From an uncultured Bacilli bacterium (GTDB lineage Bacteria > Bacillota_I > Bacilli_A > RF39 > UBA660): a DNA stretch of 64,000 nt. The notes under the pieces were generated by a model, which saw nothing but the letters and a program-made list of their open reading frames with translations, made no database searches and was not told the origin of the DNA. Shown here piece after piece: positions 57,811 through 64,000 of this stretch; position 1 is the stretch's first letter, and the number at the start of each line of letters is the position of its first letter. Made by a program: the position numbers and the translations under genes. The stretch spans positions 19,619 through 83,618 of the forward strand of contig CANQHF010000001.1 in the NCBI GenBank assembly GCA_947623685.1. Direction: 5' to 3'.

Positions 57811-58992
57811 TTACCTATTATAGTAACTTGCACCCTTAGCAGGGAAAGTTATAACGTTTCTTGGATTAAACGTATGTGATTCAAAACTTGCGGAATCTCC
57901 ATAATAAAGGAAATAATCACTTCTATATTTTCCGGTTGCAAGTCCTAAATGAAGGTGTGCACCATAACATTGTCCCGTACAACCAGATGCTGCTATTACG
58001 GTGTCCTTTGTTACTGTTTGACCCTTTGAAACCTTAATTTTTGATAAATGACAATATAATGATGAGTAGTAATTTCCATTAACATAATGCCATAAAACAA
58101 CAGAATAACCACAAATTGTACCAGTATGCCCTACCACTCCAGGCGCTACTGCATAAACTGGTGTTCCGGTTGGCATTGCTATATCTATGGCAAAGTGTTT
58201 ATTAAATGCACCATTTAAAGTTCTATTTCCAAACTCACTTGATATTCTACCAGTAGTTGTTGGTCTAAAAAAGGTTGTTCCTGGTGGCAAGTAACCATTT
58301 CCATATTTTCTTGCGTAACAAGCATCAATTGATTCGTTTGAACTACATCCCATTTTTTTGTATTCATTTATTTCTTTTTTCATTTCATTAATGTTATTTT
58401 GTTCTGATATACCATCTTTATCTAGTTCACTTTTCTTTCTATTTAAAACTGCTAGCTGGGTATCTAATTCAGACTTTAATGAAGATAACTCCGTCTTTTT
58501 TTTCTCTAATTCTTTTTTTATCTTTTCATTTTCTTCAATCATATCGTTCATTTGCCTAATTGTTTTTTTATTATATGAAGAAATTTGTTCAGTTATTGAT
58601 AAACGATATATTAAATCAGTTAAACTTTCTGCTCCCATTACGTATTCTAACATCGCAGAGCCTGATGAAGATATTTGATAATATCTCATTAAATCTTTTA
58701 TTTCCTCGTTTTTCTTTTTAATGTCTTTTTCAAGTTGCTCACTTTCTTTGGTTTTAGCATCAATATCAGAATTGATTTTTTCTATATCAACTTTTATCGT
58801 ATTTATTTTTTTGGTAGTTTCGTTTATATCCTGGTTATTGGCAGCTTTTTTTACGTTGGTATCATTTAATTTTTTTTCTGCGGCTTCTAATTCTTTTTCC
58901 AATTGAGCGATGGTTTTTGCATTAATTGTAGTAAAAGGAATTATGAACACCACAAGTGTTAATGCAAAGCATTTTAGTATCTTTTTTATCAT
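57811..58992 (-). CDS. Coiled-coil M23 peptidase (EnvC/PcsB-type FtsEX partner)
   Basis: Signal peptide, ~200 aa coiled coil, and a C-terminal M23/LytM domain (HFAIDIA...GAHLHLG). Confidence 0.75.
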   Translation of the reverse strand: MIKKILKCFALTLVVFIIPFTTINAKTIAQLEKELEAAEKKLNDTNVKKAANNQDINETTKKINTIKVDIEKINSDIDAKTKESEQLEKDIKKKNEEIKDLMRYYQISSSGSAMLEYVMGAESLTDLIYRLSITEQISSYNKKTIRQMNDMIEENEKIKKELEKKKTELSSLKSELDTQLAVLNRKKSELDKDGISEQNNINEMKKEINEYKKMGCSSNESIDACYARKYGNGYLPPGTTFFRPTTTGRISSEFGNRTLNGAFNKHFAIDIAMPTGTPVYAVAPGVVGHTGTICGYSVVLWHYVNGNYYSSLYCHLSKIKVSKGQTVTKDTVIAASGCTGQCYGAHLHLGLATGKYRSDYFLYYGDSASFESHTFNPRNVITFPAKGASYYNR

Positions 58993-59888
58993 ATTTTTAA
59001 ATATTTCCTTACTGCTCTATAACTACCAAACATACCTACTATTACTCCTAGCCCTAATAAAACAAGAGAAACTATATAAATAAATGGCTCAGCAGAAACT
59101 AACTTAATAAACGGTGAAAGGAATTGACCATTAAAATTTTTATACAATTCAGAATATCCATAAAGGGTTACTGCTATTGGAATAATTGATCCTAAAAATC
59201 CTAAACAAAAGCCTTCAACAACGAATGGTTGTTTAATAGAAAAGTTAGAAGCACCAACTAATCTCATTATTTCTATTTCCGTTTTTCTTGAGAAAATAGT
59301 TATTTTTATCGTGTTTGTAATTAAAAATAAAGTTACAAATACAAGTGCTATCATCGCAATAATCATTGCTTTTTCTAAAACTTTAAAAACGGATAATAAA
59401 CTTTCTACCATTCCTTGTCCATATTTAACATCTTTTACCAAATCCATTTTTTTGATTTGGGTTGCCGTATTAGATATTTTTTCTGAATCTTTAACCTTAA
59501 CTAACAAAGTATCATATAAAGGATTGTTTTCATCTGACCAACTATCTATTATACTTGATAAAGAATCAGATGTGCCTTTCATTTCTTGTGCTATTTCTTT
59601 TTTTGTTTGATATTCTATCGTATCTACGTTGCCAATCGTTTTAATACTTGATTTTAATTCTTCAATTTGTGATTTCGTAGCGGCGTTATCAATGAATGTT
59701 ATGATTGTAAAATCTTCTTTTATTAATTTCGTCATGTTTTCTACGTTACAAGATACAACAAGGGCAATTGCAACAATTAAAAGAGTAATTGTTATACAAG
59801 AAATTGATGCAATTGATAAACTTAAGTTTCTTCCAACACTTTTAAATCCATCACGAATGTTTCTTGTAATAATTCTAATTATTTTCAT
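58989..59888 (-). CDS. ftsX: cell division permease FtsX
   Basis: 4 TM helices plus an extracellular domain; start at MKIIRII; adjacent to ftsE. Confidence 0.8.
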   Translation of the reverse strand: MKIIRIITRNIRDGFKSVGRNLSLSIASISCITITLLIVAIALVVSCNVENMTKLIKEDFTIITFIDNAATKSQIEELKSSIKTIGNVDTIEYQTKKEIAQEMKGTSDSLSSIIDSWSDENNPLYDTLLVKVKDSEKISNTATQIKKMDLVKDVKYGQGMVESLLSVFKVLEKAMIIAMIALVFVTLFLITNTIKITIFSRKTEIEIMRLVGASNFSIKQPFVVEGFCLGFLGSIIPIAVTLYGYSELYKNFNGQFLSPFIKLVSAEPFIYIVSLVLLGLGVIVGMFGSYRAVRKYLKI

Positions 59889-60573
59889 AATGAACATAAC
59901 TTCCTTTCTCATAATCTTGAATTAGCTTACCATTTTCCAAAAGAATAACTCTTTTTTTCATTTTATCAACCATTTCTCTATCATGAGTTGCCATTACAAT
60001 TGTAGTACCTAAATCATTAATTTTTTCAATTACCTTCATAACTTCCAAACTAGTATCTGGATCCAAGTTACCAGTTGGTTCATCACAAATAAGAAGTTTT
60101 GGTGAATTAACAATTGCCCTTGCAATTGCAACTCGCTGCTGCTCTCCACCTGATAATTGATCCGGGTAGCTTTTTACTTTTGATTTTAATCCTACTAAAT
60201 CCAAGGCTTTCAAAACTTTCCTTTTTATTTCATCAGTAGGTAATCCATAAATTTCTAGGGCAAACGCAACGTTTTCATAAACCGTAAGTTTAGGGAGTAA
60301 TTTATAATCTTGGAAGACAATTCCAATTTTTCTTCTTAATTTATAAACCTTACTATTTTTTACTTTAGCAACGTTTATACCACCAAGATAAATTTCTCCT
60401 TTAGTTGGTCTTTCTTCTCGATAAAGCATCTTAATAAGCGTTGATTTACCTGATCCTGATGCACCAATTACAAATACAAATTCACCTTTTTTTATATCAA
60501 GATTCATATCATAAACCGCGTTAACACCATTTTTGTATGTTTTTTCTACGTTTCTAAACTTAATAAACTCCAT
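59875..60573 (-). CDS. ftsE: cell division ATP-binding protein FtsE
   Basis: ABC ATPase with Walker A GASGSGKST, signature LSGGEQQR, Walker B LLICDEPT; start at MEFIKF. Confidence 0.9.
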   Translation of the reverse strand: MEFIKFRNVEKTYKNGVNAVYDMNLDIKKGEFVFVIGASGSGKSTLIKMLYREERPTKGEIYLGGINVAKVKNSKVYKLRRKIGIVFQDYKLLPKLTVYENVAFALEIYGLPTDEIKRKVLKALDLVGLKSKVKSYPDQLSGGEQQRVAIARAIVNSPKLLICDEPTGNLDPDTSLEVMKVIEKINDLGTTIVMATHDREMVDKMKKRVILLENGKLIQDYEKGSYVHYENN

Positions 60574-61477
60574 AAATACCACTTCCTTTACCGTTATAAG
60601 TTCCTTTTGTTTGATATGCATCCGTTACCAAAACAACCGCTTGATTATCTATTTGGGAAACTCCTTCACTAACTTTAAAATATTCACTTGTTGGGACAAC
60701 ACACATTATTAATTGGTCTTTTTTGTTCGTATAACCACCACGTGTTTCAATAAGGGTTATTCCAAGCTTTAATTCATTTAATAAGTAATCAATTATTTCA
60801 TCATCTTTATCAGTTGTTATATAAACCGCCTTATTTTGTGATATTCCAAGCATTACTTTATCAATCATAATGTTTATTATATATAATATTATAATAGCAT
60901 ATAATACCTTCGTCCATCCAAAGAAAAAACCACCTACTATCGTAATTACACCATCAGTTAAAATAACCGCTGTTCCCATTGATATTTTTAAATACTTTGA
61001 TACGATTTGATTTAATATATCTGTTCCGCCAGTTGTAAATCCACTTTTAAAAATAATGCCTGCAGCTAATCCTACTATTACACCGCCTATTATCGCTACT
61101 AATAAAAGATTGCTGTTATCTATTTTTATATAATTACCAATATTAGTAGTTAAGCTAACCATAAAAGGAAACAACAATGACCCTACAACTGAACCAAAGG
61201 TTTTTTTCTTTCCCAAAAATATAAAACTAAGAATTAGGAAAAAAAGATTTAATATTAATATCATTACCGATGGATCTATTATATTTTGAGTAATTATTGA
61301 AATACCACTTGCACCACCATATACAATTTTATTCTTGAAGAAAAATAAATTATAAGCAATAGCATACATCAAGGTTCCTATAATAAGAAATATATATCTT
61401 CTTAAAAGATGCGCTTTTTCTACCATTTTTAATACTTCTGTTGTTTTTTTTCTTCTAAATCTTTTAAATATATTCAT
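60560..61477 (-). CDS. YitT family membrane protein (DUF161/DUF2179)
   Basis: 305 aa with 5-6 TM helices plus a C-terminal DUF2179-like soluble domain. Confidence 0.65.
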   Translation of the reverse strand: MNIFKRFRRKKTTEVLKMVEKAHLLRRYIFLIIGTLMYAIAYNLFFFKNKIVYGGASGISIITQNIIDPSVMILILNLFFLILSFIFLGKKKTFGSVVGSLLFPFMVSLTTNIGNYIKIDNSNLLLVAIIGGVIVGLAAGIIFKSGFTTGGTDILNQIVSKYLKISMGTAVILTDGVITIVGGFFFGWTKVLYAIIILYIINIMIDKVMLGISQNKAVYITTDKDDEIIDYLLNELKLGITLIETRGGYTNKKDQLIMCVVPTSEYFKVSEGVSQIDNQAVVLVTDAYQTKGTYNGKGSGIYGVY

Positions 61478-61478
61478 A

Positions 61479-62571
61479 TTATTTTTCTCCTTTTAAACTA
61501 CTTTCTATAAATGCATCTAAATCTCCATCTAATACTTTATTTACGTTTGATGTCTCATAACCAGTTCGATGATCCTTAATAAGTGAATAAGGATGAAGAA
61601 CATAGCTTCTTATTTGTGATCCAAATTCTATTGAGTTATGATCACTTTTTATATTATCTATTTTATTTTGTTTTTCTTTTAGTTTTATTTGATATAATTT
61701 ACTTTTTAATACTTTAATTGCTGTTTCTTTATTTTTGATTTGGCTTCTTTCGTTTTGACATGTTACCACAATATTAGTTGGTATATGAGTAACTCTTACG
61801 GCTGAATCCGTGGTATTAACACCTTGCCCCCCAGGTCCGCTACTTCTATATACATCTACTTTTATATCTGAATCTTTTATTTCTATATCAATGTTATCAT
61901 CAAATTCTGGTATAACGTCAACGGCCGCAAAAGAAGTATGCCTTCTATTATTTGAATCAAAAGGTGATAACCTTACTAGTCGGTGAACCCCTTTTTCATT
62001 TTTTAAATATCCATATGAAAATGGCCCTTTAACTAAATAAACAATACTTTTTATGCCAGTTTCTTCTCCTTGCTGAACATCTAATACTTGGTATTCATAA
62101 CCTTTTTTAGCAAAATATTTAGTGTACATCCTATTTAACATTGATGCCCAATCACAACTTTCAGTACCACCTGCGCCAGCATGAATTTCAAATATTACGT
62201 TGTTGTTATCAAATTCACCATTTAAATAAGTAATGGTTTCTTGATCTTTTATTTTGTTTGAAATTTCAAAAAATAGGTTTTCAAATTCTTTTTTAATGGC
62301 ATCATCTATTTCTTCTTCTTTAAACTCATTATATTGCTTAAGAACATCTATATTATTTTTTAATTCTATTATTGGATTTATTATTTCCTTTAAATTGTTT
62401 ATTTTTTTTGTTAAATTTTCAATGTTTGATGATGAAATCCAAGCATCAGAAGATGAAAGTTTAGTTTCTAATTTTTTTAATTCTTCCTTTTTTGATGAAA
62501 CGTCAAAGACAACTCCATATTTTATCAAGTTTGTTTTCTAATATTTGTATTTCTTTACTAGTAATTTCCAT
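61479..62571 (-). CDS. prfB: peptide chain release factor 2, with programmed +1 frameshift
   Basis: SPF and GGQ motifs in the main ORF. The first 22 codons (MEITSKEIQILENKLDKIWSCL), starting at ATG 62571, end at the canonical CTT TGA C shift site (62508-62502), with an upstream GGAG and an AGGTGA RBS. Confidence 0.85.
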
Positions 62572-62805
62572 ATAATCACCTATTGTTAATTATAACATAT
62601 TATTTGTATTATTAAAATGAAAATAAAAAAAAAGAAATGGCATTATTTACCATATAATTTAAAAAGTAATTAAAAATTTTTTCTTAAATAAATATATAAA
62701 GACGAATATTTACTCCTTTTAATGAAACTATATCGCCATCTATAGCCACAATTCGAAAGAACGCATTATTTTGGAATAGGAATTACGAGTTACATAATCC
62801 CCAAT

Positions 62806-62845
62806 ACGAAAAAGCATAAAATCACATCACGTAATTTTATGCTTT
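62806..62845 (-). terminator. Rho-independent terminator (downstream of peptidase gene)
   Basis: 14-bp stem AAAAAGCATAAAAT...ATTTTATGCTTTTT with flanking T/A tracts. Confidence 0.5.
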
Positions 62846-62875
62846 TTAACTATATTTATGTAAGATAAACTTACC

Positions 62876-64000
62876 TTAATCATTATTAGTTTGAATATCA
62901 AAATCGTAGGTCTGATGAACATCATTTGAGAAAATATCACCTATAAAATCATTCGTAGATGTTTTAAGTGCAAAATACAAATCTTCTCTTACTTGTGAAC
63001 TATTTGGATAATTTCGTGCTTCTGAAACATATCGAGTACACCAATAATTATTTTTTAGGCATTTGTCTTCTCCTCCAGCACCTTGGAAAAGACTATCGAC
63101 TTTTTCTTGCATCACTGTCGCATCTTTAACTAAAGCATCGTAAAACTTTTGAGCGTATTCATCAATATTGATGTATTTAAGATGTTCAAGTTTTTCTTTT
63201 GTTAAAGCAAAACGATTCTTTTTATATGCGTCCATCGAATCATATCCGGTAATCTTTTTAAGTGCCATCGAATCAGACTTAAAGTTGTTGACTCCGTTTT
63301 TAGTAATATTATCTTTATTACTTGCGTACTCAATAAATCCTTCGTCATAACCAGCATAGCCTAACATTTCGTAAGATATCCACTTTAATGAATAAGAATC
63401 AGGTCTACCATTTGGGTTCCAAGGTTGATACCAGTGAATATTAGCAATACCTTCACCACCATATAAATTGTCTCCACGAGAACCAACTTCATATAGTCCA
63501 GGTACCATCGTTATTCGATTTTCAATCAAATCATCAATATCATTTAATTTCATTGCTGACCATTCTTCTGCAGTTAATTGTTTATATTGTGTTACCAAAC
63601 GAGCTAGATAAAATTCTGTTGTATCTTTATATTTTTCTTCATCTGGATAATTTGCTTGGAAACCTAAGACTGCTTTTTGTTCATTTGTTAATTTCATGAA
63701 AGCTTGAGCTTCGATATAATCCATTACATAAAGCGTTTCAAATACTTTACTATAGAAATCTTTAATTTCTTTTTTACTATTAATTCTTTCAGGAGTCATG
63801 TTCGAAGCCACACGTTGATCACTATTATATTTTACCGTTAAATTCATAACGATATCGCGAGGTCCAAATTGTTGCATTAAGAATCCTTCGCAATAGTCTT
63901 CTCCACCAGAGTTAAATCTTCGACCATAATTTTCTAAGAACAATCTTGCATCAAAGTAATGGGCAGTTTCATGTGACCAAGTCATGAAGGTTGGATGTCC
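62876..64000 (-). CDS. HExxH zinc metallopeptidase-like protein (N-terminus beyond window)
   Basis: HETAH motif near the visible N-terminus with downstream Glu residues; the reading frame is open to the window edge, so the protein is longer than the 369 aa shown. Confidence 0.5.
   Translation of the reverse strand, partial: GHPTFMTWSHETAHYFDARLFLENYGRRFNSGGEDYCEGFLMQQFGPRDIVMNLTVKYNSDQRVASNMTPERINSKKEIKDFYSKVFETLYVMDYIEAQAFMKLTNEQKAVLGFQANYPDEEKYKDTTEFYLARLVTQYKQLTAEEWSAMKLNDIDDLIENRITMVPGLYEVGSRGDNLYGGEGIANIHWYQPWNPNGRPDSYSLKWISYEMLGYAGYDEGFIEYASNKDNITKNGVNNFKSDSMALKKITGYDSMDAYKKNRFALTKEKLEHLKYINIDEYAQKFYDALVKDATVMQEKVDSLFQGAGGEDKCLKNNYWCTRYVSEARNYPNSSQVREDLYFALKTSTNDFIGDIFSNDVHQTYDFDIQTNND

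Overview
AT-rich (~28% GC) chromosomal segment from a sporulation-capable low-GC Firmicute (Clostridia/Erysipelotrichia-like), with no obvious stop-codon reassignment; spo0A, a GerQ-like coat protein, WhiA and a TGS-uridine kinase fusion are all present. Almost every gene is on the minus strand. The housekeeping backbone is: the S10 ribosomal operon (rpsJ through rpsC, plus the rplP start), spo0A, a gap–pgk–tpiA glycolytic cluster interrupted by surface and glycolipid genes, clpP, cysS, a ClpC-like ATPase, dusB, FemAB, PduL, ung, a Fic protein, rlmH, the origin-type block dnaB-rplI-rpsR-ssb-rpsF-ychF, whiA-soj-spo0J, trxB-lgt, uvrBA, ftsEX with an M23 peptidase, and prfB with its programmed +1 frameshift. 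The stand-out feature is a multigene family of secreted proteins: three tandem paralogs at 40722-43079, dispersed copies at 15852-16514 and 21034-22683, and a deleted remnant at about 23130-23260. All of them have a TasA/SipW-cognate-like signal peptide, and the small (~220-230 aa) members also share a conserved C-terminus ending TLTYSTTDS. Each copy is preceded by the same ~60-bp promoter module, in which a homopolymeric G tract (C on the given strand; 9, 9, 9, 7 and 9 nt in the five copies) sits inside the -35/-10 spacer. This is the architecture of a slipped-strand phase-variable promoter family. Next to the large paralog, a small hydrophobic peptide gene lies convergent to a promoter-plus-terminator-delimited ~90-nt RNA, a possible type I toxin-antitoxin pair.
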